A stretch of DNA of 64,000 nucleotides from Candidatus Nanoarchaeia archaeon (GTDB lineage Archaea; Nanobdellota; Nanobdellia; Woesearchaeales; SKIA01). Of the stretch, positions 18,546 to 28,036 are shown piece by piece. The stretch lies in NCBI GenBank assembly GCA_028279685.1, contig JANQNG010000059.1, positions 26,945 through 90,944 of the forward strand. Reading direction: 5' to 3'. Made by a program: the position numbers and the translations under genes. The notes beneath the pieces were generated by a model, which was given only the letters and a program-made list of their open reading frames with translations, was not told where the DNA came from and did no database searches. Position 1 is the stretch's first letter, and the number at the start of each line of letters is the position of its first letter.

Positions 18546-19234
18546 AAGTTAAAAGAACACCATCAATCATACAAGTTCCACATTTAGAGGGAAACATAAA
18601 AATTCAACATCCATTTTTTCATGGAGACTATTTTGGATTAGCAAAACAGATAGATGAAAATGGTTTGAAAAGACCTACAATGGCAGAAGTAGTATCTTTA
18701 GTTTACGATGCTTACAAAAATCCAGATGATGACAAAGCAATTTCGAATGAAATAAAAGAAATTGAATTGTTATATTCTTTTGAAGGGTTATTAAATTCTT
18801 CAGAGGGCGTGTTCATCCAAGATAATCCAGATTTTAAGAAAAATGCAAAACACTCTAATCATTTAATAATGGATGAAAAGGATTTAAAATTAAGATTAGG
18901 TTCAAGAGAAGAAAATGGAGTTATCTATGGTGATGATGAATTAACAAGATTTGTTCCTAATGGATTTGAAACAAAACAATTAACATCTAAAGAAGTTGTC
19001 AATCATTCTTTTATTATAGGATTAATAGGTAAGGAAGGAGCTGAAAAATTGTCCTATATTATTGATCATAATGAAAATAAAAGCATTGATTTAATGATTT
19101 ACGAAACTAAAGATGATATTAAACGAGTTCCTGTTTTTCAACTAACTCCATCAATCCGTTTTTATGGTATTGGTGCTTGTGTTGATGAACTTGAATCTTT
19201 TGGAATTATAAAGAAATTATGGGAATATCATTGA
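18542..19234 (+). CDS. Hypothetical protein, paralogue of 17065-17778
   Basis: RPTMAE, EGVFIQD, ENGVIY, RFVP, GAEKL, ..SFGI match family A motifs. Confidence 0.6.
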   Translation: MKVKRTPSIIQVPHLEGNIKIQHPFFHGDYFGLAKQIDENGLKRPTMAEVVSLVYDAYKNPDDDKAISNEIKEIELLYSFEGLLNSSEGVFIQDNPDFKKNAKHSNHLIMDEKDLKLRLGSREENGVIYGDDELTRFVPNGFETKQLTSKEVVNHSFIIGLIGKEGAEKLSYIIDHNENKSIDLMIYETKDDIKRVPVFQLTPSIRFYGIGACVDELESFGIIKKLWEYH

Positions 19235-19249
19235 AGAAAAAAGAGGTAA

Positions 19250-20140
19250 ATGAAAATGGAATTTCGAAAATTAGAATCAGAAGGATATAATCCTGGCGAA
19301 TTTGAGGAGACTGGTATTGCTATGCTTAAATATTATTCTCCTGAAGTAAAACTAGCTATTAAAATGATGATATCAGATTTTAAAGGAACATATTTATCAT
19401 CTAGAACTTTTGATCCAAACAACGATCCAACTTTTGAATCAGGACCAGTAAGAGGTTTTGGTTTTCATGGAAAAAATGCTTTTGTTGGAAAACTGAGAGA
19501 GACAGCAGGAGGAGATATTATTTTGCCTAGTTCTCAAATAAGTTTTCATAAAATGTATAAAAGATTCTTTGAATCTTTTGGCAAAAATATAAAACTTAAA
19601 GAACATTTTAATGAGAATATTGGGATTGTTGTGTTTCCAGAAGAATATACTTATCCTCATCTTTGGGATCATATGAGAAATCAGGTTTTTTCAAAAGAGT
19701 TAAGAGTTAAGGATCTCTTTACAGGAGAAAAAATTAATCCAAAACTTCCTTTTGTAGTATCAGGATTAGTTGATATAGCAAAAGATGATAAATTCGAGCA
19801 TGATGTGAGAGCTGATATAGGTGAATTATCACAAGTTTATAATCTTCCAATATTAGATAATGAAGAAGATATTCTAAAAAGTAATAATCCTTTTTTGTTT
19901 TCAGAGAATGCGAGAATTGAAGACAGAGTGAGTCTATTTAATATGCTTACATTTGATAATAAAATTGAATATGGCAGAGTAATAAAATATGATGAAAAAG
20001 AAGGAGCAGGTGTTTGTCCTTTATATCTTATTCAAGGAGAATATATTGCTTATAAAGTGAACTTAGATGTTTCTCAAAAAAATTTTGGAAAATATGCGTA
20101 CAATGAAAATAACAGGGTGCATATAACAAGGATAAAATGA
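19250..20140 (+). CDS. Hypothetical protein, distant paralogue of 17775-18545
   Basis: PHLW, PFVVSGL, GVCPLYL...NRVHI resemble family B motifs. Confidence 0.55.
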   Translation: MKMEFRKLESEGYNPGEFEETGIAMLKYYSPEVKLAIKMMISDFKGTYLSSRTFDPNNDPTFESGPVRGFGFHGKNAFVGKLRETAGGDIILPSSQISFHKMYKRFFESFGKNIKLKEHFNENIGIVVFPEEYTYPHLWDHMRNQVFSKELRVKDLFTGEKINPKLPFVVSGLVDIAKDDKFEHDVRADIGELSQVYNLPILDNEEDILKSNNPFLFSENARIEDRVSLFNMLTFDNKIEYGRVIKYDEKEGAGVCPLYLIQGEYIAYKVNLDVSQKNFGKYAYNENNRVHITRIK

Positions 20141-20238
20141 AATTTTGACGAAAGTATTTTGGAAAGATGGTCTAAATCAGGAAAATAAAATTTTTTCTTT
20201 TTTTCATGGTTTAGTCCACTTAATTTCATAATACATAA

Positions 20239-20715
20239 TCAGAATCCAAAACGCCATTTCTCGCGTTCCCAGAGCTGTTCGGCGGATTCTTTACCTTTAG
20301 AATACAAATGTTGAGTAAAAAAATTGTCTGAGACTGTCCTCGTTTCCAAAGCAACCATTGTTTTATTGTAGAGATCTGTTCGTATGTTTCCTTTGTTATC
20401 AACAATAACATCAGGATGTTCTTCATCGAACATTTTCTTGAAGTATGCTGCTAGATGTTTAGGACCGCAAGCATATATGCAATCGGAATCATCGAAAGGA
20501 CAATCATATCCTACCAGTTCAGGCACGCCATCATCTTCGTTATACTGTCCCATTTTGAAACGTATTGCAAGGATGCTTGCAGGGCTATCACAATCTTCAG
20601 AAAGATTTCTTAAAGATACATTATCGCCTATGTCGCAATCACCACAATAATGCTTCTCAAATACTTCTGTAGGTTCAAACCCAGGAATCCATAATTGATT
20701 TCTAAGACGCGCCAT
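20239..20715 (-). CDS. Hypothetical Cys-containing protein
   Basis: 158-aa ORF with GGAGA RBS. Confidence 0.55.
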   Translation of the reverse strand: MARLRNQLWIPGFEPTEVFEKHYCGDCDIGDNVSLRNLSEDCDSPASILAIRFKMGQYNEDDGVPELVGYDCPFDDSDCIYACGPKHLAAYFKKMFDEEHPDVIVDNKGNIRTDLYNKTMVALETRTVSDNFFTQHLYSKGKESAEQLWEREKWRFGF

Positions 20716-20762
20716 TGTAACTTATCTCCCAAATAATTGCTATCTATTTTCAGTAGAGGTTA

Positions 20763-21509
20763 TTAATCATTGTCAACTCTTGGAGCAAGAATGAATGCTA
20801 ACTGCACCTTGTTCAATATCATGAACTCAAGGCGCAAAGGATAATCTTTGTTGAATTTAATAATAACGTTGTCAGAGATCTTTGATCCGAGCATCATTTT
20901 CTTCAAATACTCGACAGAATACTTTGACTTCACTTTTGTGTTGACATCATCGACAACAATCTTTGTATCATCATCTGCTCCAATTTCCATGTTTGCCTGG
21001 CTGAGATCTCCCATAGCAGATACGGAAAATTTGTTCTGTTCAGCCATGAAACTCACTGATTCTGCAACAATATCAGCGTCTTCAATAGCATTTACGAGAT
21101 TAGATGATGTTGTTGTAACCGTCAAAGGGAAATCCAAAGTAGGAACTCTTTGCTCTTTCTCTTCCAAATCAATAATAGGTAAATGGAAGGTTCTCGTTGA
21201 TTTGTGTTTAAGTGTAACTTTGAGTTTGTTATCAACAGTTTCTAATGTGAGTGTCTCCGAACTAGAAAGTCTTCGTAGAACTTGCTTCAGATTATTAAGA
21301 TTAATTGCTAATTCTTCCTCTCCCTTAACAGAAAAGGTGGAAAACGCGCTTGACACGATCTTGAACAGCACCATAGCCACATTAGCAGGATCCATCGCGA
21401 TAAGTTCAAGGCTGTCTGAGTTGACTTTGAAACGTGCTTCGCTTACTAATTCAGAAATAATGCTAATACTATCTTTCAGAAGTTTTGGATCAGTTAAAGT
21501 CAGTTTCAT
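20763..21509 (-). CDS. pcn: PCNA sliding clamp
   Basis: AMDPANVAMV, KYSVEYL, DYPLRLEF, FILAPRVD. Confidence 0.97.
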   Translation of the reverse strand: MKLTLTDPKLLKDSISIISELVSEARFKVNSDSLELIAMDPANVAMVLFKIVSSAFSTFSVKGEEELAINLNNLKQVLRRLSSSETLTLETVDNKLKVTLKHKSTRTFHLPIIDLEEKEQRVPTLDFPLTVTTTSSNLVNAIEDADIVAESVSFMAEQNKFSVSAMGDLSQANMEIGADDDTKIVVDDVNTKVKSKYSVEYLKKMMLGSKISDNVIIKFNKDYPLRLEFMILNKVQLAFILAPRVDND

Positions 21510-21575
21510 AAGCTCCCCCCAAGTACTATGGTGTGGGAGTAATAAGCTTATTTATAAAGTTTATTGAGCTCAAAA

Positions 21576-22703
21576 CTACCAAAAAACAGACGTTTCAGGA
21601 TTCTCGACAACATACACACCCAACATCACACTTCTTTCTGCCTTCGTAAGAGGTCTATGTCTATGCTGCATTTTTCCTGATTTGCCCTTCACTTTTAATC
21701 TCATAAGCACTTTATTCCTTAAATGCTGATCAACATCAATAACTTCTGAACGATACACAGGAGGAATCCAGTCTTTTGGCATATAAGAACGATGGTCTTC
21801 AGGAGTTTCTGCAAGATAATATGCCACCATGATAATACCTGCTATGCTGTGCTTACAATAGATGTTCTCAAATTCATCCCTCAGATCATAGATATTGTTA
21901 ATAGGATTACCTTTTTTATCAAACTCAGGCCTTGAAAAAGAAACATCTCCTTTTCTTTTTGGACAATTACAAGTTGTTTTTAACTCTTTCCAGAAATCGG
22001 GAGCGATTAATCCTTTTTTATAATTCTGTCTAAGTACTAAAGGCATATTTTTAATTTGAAAAGAATGTTGCTTTTCAACACCAGATATAGATGGTATGGT
22101 TACATCAATACTTCCTCGTTCATAACAAGGAGAATAAAATCCTGAATATAATTTTTTTATTGTTCCCTTCCAAGCTTCAGCAATAATTCTTCCTTCAACT
22201 AAATCAGCATGAGTGATAATTTGCTTTTCTCCTCCTTTATTCTTCCAGGCAATTCCCACAGAAGTATCAAGAGCATTCAAAGAAAATTGACTAACCATAT
22301 GATCGCCTAGTAATGCGGCATTAAACATTCTCAAAGGAGTTGAAGGTTTAAATGGCATCTCTTCAAAACGTTCTCCATAATTTAAAGGAATAATAGGAGT
22401 TTTCTTAATTCCTTTACCCATCTTTTTATATGGAAATAATCCCGTAGAATGATCAAGCACAATAACTCCATCATGATTAATAATTGTTTCAAGAATTTTT
22501 TCCCTATTCTCTCTAATAGTTTTTGCTGACGCAGCAGACTCCATCACATTTTTTGCAAGAACAACTTTAGCATCTTTTTTTTCAGCTTCTTCATCAAGTC
22601 TCATTGTTGTATTAGAAGGCACTTGCTCAAACACATGCTTCAGAATCTCCGTAGTTTTAGGCTGATACAAATACGATCTGAGATGAATTTTTTCTTTTAC
22701 CAT
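21576..22703 (-). CDS. Hypothetical protein with SWIM-like Zn finger
   Basis: CNC...YCKHSIA. Confidence 0.6.
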   Translation of the reverse strand: MVKEKIHLRSYLYQPKTTEILKHVFEQVPSNTTMRLDEEAEKKDAKVVLAKNVMESAASAKTIRENREKILETIINHDGVIVLDHSTGLFPYKKMGKGIKKTPIIPLNYGERFEEMPFKPSTPLRMFNAALLGDHMVSQFSLNALDTSVGIAWKNKGGEKQIITHADLVEGRIIAEAWKGTIKKLYSGFYSPCYERGSIDVTIPSISGVEKQHSFQIKNMPLVLRQNYKKGLIAPDFWKELKTTCNCPKRKGDVSFSRPEFDKKGNPINNIYDLRDEFENIYCKHSIAGIIMVAYYLAETPEDHRSYMPKDWIPPVYRSEVIDVDQHLRNKVLMRLKVKGKSGKMQHRHRPLTKAERSVMLGVYVVENPETSVFW

Positions 22704-22744
22704 AAAAGGAGAGAAATCACTATTGATTTATATGCATTTGTCAG

Positions 22745-24049
22745 TTATTTATAAGTCCAGGTTTTCCCATTCTCGAGAATATGAACTTCCCCATAGCTTG
22801 CACAAGTATCTTTCATCTTTTCCATCTTGTCAAGTTCTGCGTGGATAGGCACAACCATCTTGGGTTTAATCATCTCAAGCATCTTAATATGATCCTTATA
22901 GTACGCATGTCCTGAAACATGAATATCTTTAATAACGGTAACTTCATGCTGATGCAGCTTCTCTTCAAGAATGGCTCTGCTCATGACGCATGTATCTGTT
23001 GGAATGACAAATGAAGAAAATACCACAACATCATCTTTCTCGAACTGAAACCATTTTAAATCTATCATCTTGCTTAGCATAGCATTATGTTCTCCTTGAT
23101 GACCTGTAACAACAAACAAGTATTTGTCTCTATTCTGTTTATTGATTTTCTTGAAGAATCTTCTCACTTTTGATCCAAAACGAATAAACTCAACATTACT
23201 AAAATCAAAAATATTCTCATCCTTTGCAGCGTCGCAATACTTAGCCATACTTCTTCCTATGAAGATTACTTCTCTGCCTATTTTTCTACCAAGTTCCATA
23301 ATGGATTTCAGTCGCGCAGTATGCGAGGCAAATGTAGTAACGACAAGTGCTTTTCCTTTTCGATTATACGTTTGAAAATTCTCTTCGAGCATTGTTCGTG
23401 CATACATTTCTGAATTTTCTGCATCAATTCCAGCATACAATGAATCAAGAAAGAGCACATCTGCATTCTTCAACTCACGGAGCCTTTTTTCATTAGTGAT
23501 AGATCCTAATACAGGGGTGTTGTCAAGCTTGTAGTCAATGGCAAACACTATTTTTCCGTAGGGTGTATGCAGTACAATAACAACGGTCTGTGGAATCGAG
23601 TGTGTAATGTGAATAAATTCTGCTTCAATATGTTTCCCTACTTTGAATGTGCTGTTTGAGTCGTGAATTGTAAGTTTATTATGGAGATCTATTTTTTTAT
23701 CTTCACAGAGCCTTCTGATGATATTACCTGTAAATGCTGTTGCATGTATTGGTGCTTTGATACGATCAGCGAGGAAAGGGATTGCTCCAATATGGTCGAG
23801 ATGAGCATGTGATGCAATGATAGCGCATACTTTACTTAAGTCAACAAAGGAAAGATCAGGAATGGCTTTTGCTGTAAGCAGCTGTTCTGTGCTTGGTACG
23901 GTGAATTCGTCAATCTCTTCCTGAACTGAGATAAATCCTTCCAAGTGCAAGCCCATATCGAGGAGAACAATCTCGTCATCAATAATTACTGCAGTGCAAT
24001 TCTTCCCTACTTCTTGATATCCTCCTAAAGGAAGTATTGTTAATCCCAT
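22745..24049 (-). CDS. rnj: Ribonuclease J (beta-CASP)
   Basis: PLGGYQEVGKN, HAHLDH, HSIP, TGHQGE, HVSGH. Confidence 0.93.
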   Translation of the reverse strand: MGLTILPLGGYQEVGKNCTAVIIDDEIVLLDMGLHLEGFISVQEEIDEFTVPSTEQLLTAKAIPDLSFVDLSKVCAIIASHAHLDHIGAIPFLADRIKAPIHATAFTGNIIRRLCEDKKIDLHNKLTIHDSNSTFKVGKHIEAEFIHITHSIPQTVVIVLHTPYGKIVFAIDYKLDNTPVLGSITNEKRLRELKNADVLFLDSLYAGIDAENSEMYARTMLEENFQTYNRKGKALVVTTFASHTARLKSIMELGRKIGREVIFIGRSMAKYCDAAKDENIFDFSNVEFIRFGSKVRRFFKKINKQNRDKYLFVVTGHQGEHNAMLSKMIDLKWFQFEKDDVVVFSSFVIPTDTCVMSRAILEEKLHQHEVTVIKDIHVSGHAYYKDHIKMLEMIKPKMVVPIHAELDKMEKMKDTCASYGEVHILENGKTWTYK

Positions 24050-24071
24050 AAGCTTAAGAGCAGAGATTGCT

Positions 24072-25190
24072 TTATAAGGATTTTGGAGACTTCATAAGTA
24101 AAAATGGTTTCAGAAGAATAAATTTAGGCTTCTTTTTCTTTGCCTTTACAGCTTTCTTCATCAATTGTTCGATTTTTCGTTGATATTCGGTTGGATCAAA
24201 AGAATACTGATCAAGATAATATTGATAAAAAGGAATTTTCAACAAAAAATCTTGGATTTCTACTTTTGTTGGTTTTTGAGAATACTCTCCGAATTTTTTT
24301 TCCTGAAGATAATATCCATTCATCATTTGTTCAAAATGGTTTTTCAAAGGGATGCTGAAAATAGGCTTTTTGAGATGCAATGCTTCGCTGATCAAGCTGA
24401 ATCCTCCTCCTGTAATAACTGCTTTTGCGGTAGCTAAATGTTTAACAAATTGCGTGTCATTAAATTCATGGAAGATGAGATTCTTCCTGTTTTTTCTTTT
24501 TCCAAATCCGTAGACATGGAATTTCTCTTTTATTCCAGTAAGAAGATCGAGAAGCTTAAGGAATTTTGATGAGGTGTGATAGACAAGAACATGCTCTCCT
24601 TTTTTTGATGTTTTCTTCGCCACAGTTTCGCGAAGAACAGGATGAGTTAAATGAATATTTTTCTTTTTCATTTTCGGAAAGAAGAATGTTGGAATGACGT
24701 AGTGATCTGCTTTGAAACTTACCATTTCTTCTACAGCATGGATCCAAAGTTTAGGATAAAGAAAGTCCAAGGATTTAATGTCAAGGGATCCTTTGCTTGC
24801 CATGCTGACATTGCTTGTTCCTATGACGGGAATGCCAATATATTTTCCAATCACTGCAGTGTAGGATTCTTGATCTGAAATCACACAGTCAGGTTTGATA
24901 TCATAGAACTTTTTTGCTATGATTTGGAGTGCAGAAGGGGTTTTTTGCGGTATCTCTCCTAAAACCCTCATCATAGTTCTTGCAGGTAATATCTTATCAT
25001 CTTTGTAGGTAAGATGAAATCCCGGAATTTTGAAGATATTACTGAATTTTTTTGAGAGGAAATCATATGCTCTTCCGCTTGTAAAGATGTATATTTTGTG
25101 ACCTTTCGAAAGAAGATATCTTATAACAACCTCGCTGCGCGTAGCATGACCCATGCCGTCACTACACACACCATAAGCAATACGAACCAT
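24072..25190 (-). CDS. MJ1255-like GT-B glycosyltransferase
   Basis: YGVCSDGMGHATR, GGGFSLISEAL, HFEQMMN. Confidence 0.88.
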   Translation of the reverse strand: MVRIAYGVCSDGMGHATRSEVVIRYLLSKGHKIYIFTSGRAYDFLSKKFSNIFKIPGFHLTYKDDKILPARTMMRVLGEIPQKTPSALQIIAKKFYDIKPDCVISDQESYTAVIGKYIGIPVIGTSNVSMASKGSLDIKSLDFLYPKLWIHAVEEMVSFKADHYVIPTFFFPKMKKKNIHLTHPVLRETVAKKTSKKGEHVLVYHTSSKFLKLLDLLTGIKEKFHVYGFGKRKNRKNLIFHEFNDTQFVKHLATAKAVITGGGFSLISEALHLKKPIFSIPLKNHFEQMMNGYYLQEKKFGEYSQKPTKVEIQDFLLKIPFYQYYLDQYSFDPTEYQRKIEQLMKKAVKAKKKKPKFILLKPFLLMKSPKSL

Positions 25191-25256
25191 ATGTCGTTAG
25201 TGATTAAGATTTATTTAAATGTTTGTTGTTATGTGTCTTTATGAACAAGATAGGTA

Positions 25257-27425
25257 TTATGCTAATCCTTTCAATATTGTGCCTGCCAAAACATTGAAGA
25301 TTAACATCACGGCGATTGCAATCACACAGTAAATAACAGGGCTTTTCATTAAATTTGTGCCTATTGTGTATCTTTCTGATAGTTTATCTTCGCCATTTTC
25401 AATACCGTTCACAATAACACTCAGAATATAGATCAGTTGGACAACGTACAATCCCACGATGATCTGAAAGTGGTATGTTGGAATACCCAATCCAAACATC
25501 TGTGCAATAGTCACTTGGCTACCTATGGTATTTTCTGTGGTCAACCGAGTCATCAAATCAGAGAGATGACCGAGAATTGTGGTGATCATGCTTGTGATGC
25601 CTATTACAATGCCTGAAATAGCTGGAGATAAGAATTTTATTTGTGTCTTCATAGAACTGATAGTATCTGCAAGTAAGTCTTTCAATCGTTCATCAACACG
25701 ATGCATTTCTTTGATATATTCAGAAATATTAATTAAAGCTAGTGATGCGATGTATGGTCCTTTCTTAGCACTTTCAATAAGTACTTTCATTGAGCCTTCT
25801 ATAAGACTGCTAGGGAAAGAAAGCAGTGCTCCTCGTTCCCTATCGAAAATTGCTTGTTCTACAGACATTCCTTTCATTCTAATATTGTTATCTACTGTTG
25901 TGAAGAAATCTCCTGAGACAGTACCTTCCATTACGTCAGCAACTTTTCCAAATGCAATCTCAACAGGGAGTCCGTCACCTAACCGATTGCCTAGTTGAAA
26001 TAATGCGGATGCAAATTCTTCCTCAAGTTTTTTTGCTTCGTTTCGTATTTTCAATACGTTTTTGCTTCTTAATTTTGCATAGAGACCTATACCAAATGCG
26101 AAGGCTAAAGGAACAAACACAGAGAGTAATGCGGCACCCAAACCATAAGGGCCAACCATTTCACCGTATTTATTTTCTTTGAAGTCTATGAGTTTGAAGA
26201 TGCCAAACTCTATATCGAAGTTAGGAGCCGCACCATGAATCAATAGAGGGAGGAAGCCTATAAAGAGGAGTATTACTCCTACGAAGAGCGCGAAATTAAT
26301 TGGACTGATTTCCATCTCTTGATTTCCAAACTTCCAGATTACATTTCGAAATTTCTTGAGCTCAGGATTGTCTTCTGCTATGTCAGTATCACCATATCCT
26401 GAAGGTCTTGTTGCGAGTATTTTTCTGCCGAGGGCATAGACGCCTACAGGAATAGCAATGTTGTAGATTGCAAACAGATGATACCATTCGACACCTTCTG
26501 CGAAACTCACCACTAAAGGTAAGATCACCAGTCCAAGAACAGGCAATACAATGCCGAGCATGTTTAGCATGGTCAAAGGACTTTTGAGATTTTGTGCATA
26601 ATGCAACATCTTTTCATAAGTTTCTTCAAGAATCACCTTGAGTGACTTTTCTAAAGCATCAATTCTTCTTGCATCAGAACTCTCGTATAGCGATGATTCA
26701 ATAAGATGCATAGCTTCAATGAATTCCATGTTGTATTTTCGCCAACTCATCAAATAGGTATCTAGAGATTCTTTGATGGAAGCTGATTCTCCTGTCTCAA
26801 GATTCCACATCACTTTTTTCAGGTCGAGACTCAAAGGAGGACCAAGATGTTCTGCAGCAAAATCAATAGCTAGTTCAAGATTTGAAGTATGTCTCATGTA
26901 TGTTACAATATAAAACACACAGAGGACCATTTGGTTAGAGGCTCGCATCCTCCAGATTGATGCAAGCATCTTAGGATAATTATTCAATACAGGAATGAGT
27001 ATTAGACCGCAAATAAAAGCGAAGATCACATAGAATAAACTTCCTTTTCCAACTAATACAAAAGTAAAAGTGTAACCAACTATTGCTCCAATGAGCATAA
27101 AAAGAAGAGGTCCTATAAAGGCAAAGCTTGCTACTCCTTCAGGCGTAATATTGAGGTGACACGTTGTGATGGCTTCTTGAAGATCAGGAATTTTTTTTGG
27201 GTCTGGAGAAGTTTTCATAATATTCTCAGCCCAATTACAGGCTTTTTCATACCAAGTCATATGTCTAGGCATATAACTCTCTTTAAAATCTATATACTCT
27301 CTTGAACGATATGTTTCGCCATCACCTGAGAATACTTTTCTATCGAACGCTTTCATGTCTTCGACTATACGTTTCTCATACTTGCCTTTGAACTTCTTCA
27401 GTTCATCATCTGTGATCTTCGGCAA
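25257..27425 (-). CDS. Type IV pilus/T2SS membrane platform protein (TadC/GspF-like, duplicated domain)
   Basis: Multiple TM segments, two platform-like halves; probable TTG start at 27425 after GAGGTG; downstream of the ATPase. Confidence 0.75.
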   Translation of the reverse strand: MPKITDDELKKFKGKYEKRIVEDMKAFDRKVFSGDGETYRSREYIDFKESYMPRHMTWYEKACNWAENIMKTSPDPKKIPDLQEAITTCHLNITPEGVASFAFIGPLLFMLIGAIVGYTFTFVLVGKGSLFYVIFAFICGLILIPVLNNYPKMLASIWRMRASNQMVLCVFYIVTYMRHTSNLELAIDFAAEHLGPPLSLDLKKVMWNLETGESASIKESLDTYLMSWRKYNMEFIEAMHLIESSLYESSDARRIDALEKSLKVILEETYEKMLHYAQNLKSPLTMLNMLGIVLPVLGLVILPLVVSFAEGVEWYHLFAIYNIAIPVGVYALGRKILATRPSGYGDTDIAEDNPELKKFRNVIWKFGNQEMEISPINFALFVGVILLFIGFLPLLIHGAAPNFDIEFGIFKLIDFKENKYGEMVGPYGLGAALLSVFVPLAFAFGIGLYAKLRSKNVLKIRNEAKKLEEEFASALFQLGNRLGDGLPVEIAFGKVADVMEGTVSGDFFTTVDNNIRMKGMSVEQAIFDRERGALLSFPSSLIEGSMKVLIESAKKGPYIASLALINISEYIKEMHRVDERLKDLLADTISSMKTQIKFLSPAISGIVIGITSMITTILGHLSDLMTRLTTENTIGSQVTIAQMFGLGIPTYHFQIIVGLYVVQLIYILSVIVNGIENGEDKLSERYTIGTNLMKSPVIYCVIAIAVMLIFNVLAGTILKGLA

Positions 27426-27466
27426 TGAAACACCTCTTTTGTTGTATGAATAATTTTTGTGCTGAA

Positions 27467-27560
27467 GCAGTACCTCCCAGCGAAGCAATCTTTTTGCTTT
27501 TCCGATGAATATAATTGGATGATTCAACGAATTGCATATTGGGGCGTAGCGAGGTACTGC
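27467..27560. repeat. Palindromic cGNAg element D
   Basis: GCAGTACCTC-CCA-GCGAAGC-N58-CGTAGC-GAGGTACTGC. Confidence 0.8.
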
Positions 27561-27582
27561 CTTAATATGATTTTTTTTATTG

Positions 27583-27687
27583 AGTAACATTACTGCGCTT
27601 CGTATCAAGGCTAGGATCCCGAAAAGGAATCTAATTCGCCACAAATTGACGAGGTACTCGAGTACTTCGCAAGGCAGTAATGTTACT
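27583..27687. repeat. Palindromic cGNAg element C (opposite orientation to D)
   Basis: AGTAACATTACTGC-GCTTCG-N61-ACTTCGC-AAG-GCAGTAATGTTACT. Confidence 0.82.
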
Positions 27688-27805
27688 TGATCCTTTCAAC
27701 ACACCTCTTTAATCTAAACCAAACTACCTAAATCTAGCCTGATTAACCAAATTTCAGCAGAAGACAGTTTTAAATGTTTCTTTTATTAGAATAACTATGT
27801 GCTAT

Positions 27806-27844
27806 TATCTCCACAAAATGAATAAGTTTAAAAATGTGGAGATA
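27806..27844 (+). promoter_or_regulatory. Inverted repeat flanking a TATA box upstream of the Fic gene
   Basis: TATCTCCACA...TTTAAAAA-TGTGGAGATA. Confidence 0.55.
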
Positions 27845-28036
27845 GATAAGTTAGTATTAACGAAAAGCCCTATTCCGTTTTTGCTTCGCAAAAACTTTAA
27901 CAAAGCGACGTTGCGCTTTGAATTGTAAAAACAGGGTTTTTACAACATCTGGCCTTGCCTTCATTTTCTTTGAAAACGAAGGCAAATGAAGGCGCAGACG
28001 GTCTTTTCATTAATACTGGTATTATTGAGGTGAGCA

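Noticed and set aside
17065-20140. Complete active DGR in this window
   Set aside because: No reverse transcriptase, template repeat or avd-like gene found
20848-21567. 239-aa ORF antisense to PCNA (likewise 61259-61987)
   Set aside because: Shadow frame of a well-supported gene; no motifs
27426-27644. N-terminal extension of the TadC-like ORF
   Set aside because: Runs through palindromic elements; an RBS-supported TTG start lies at 27425
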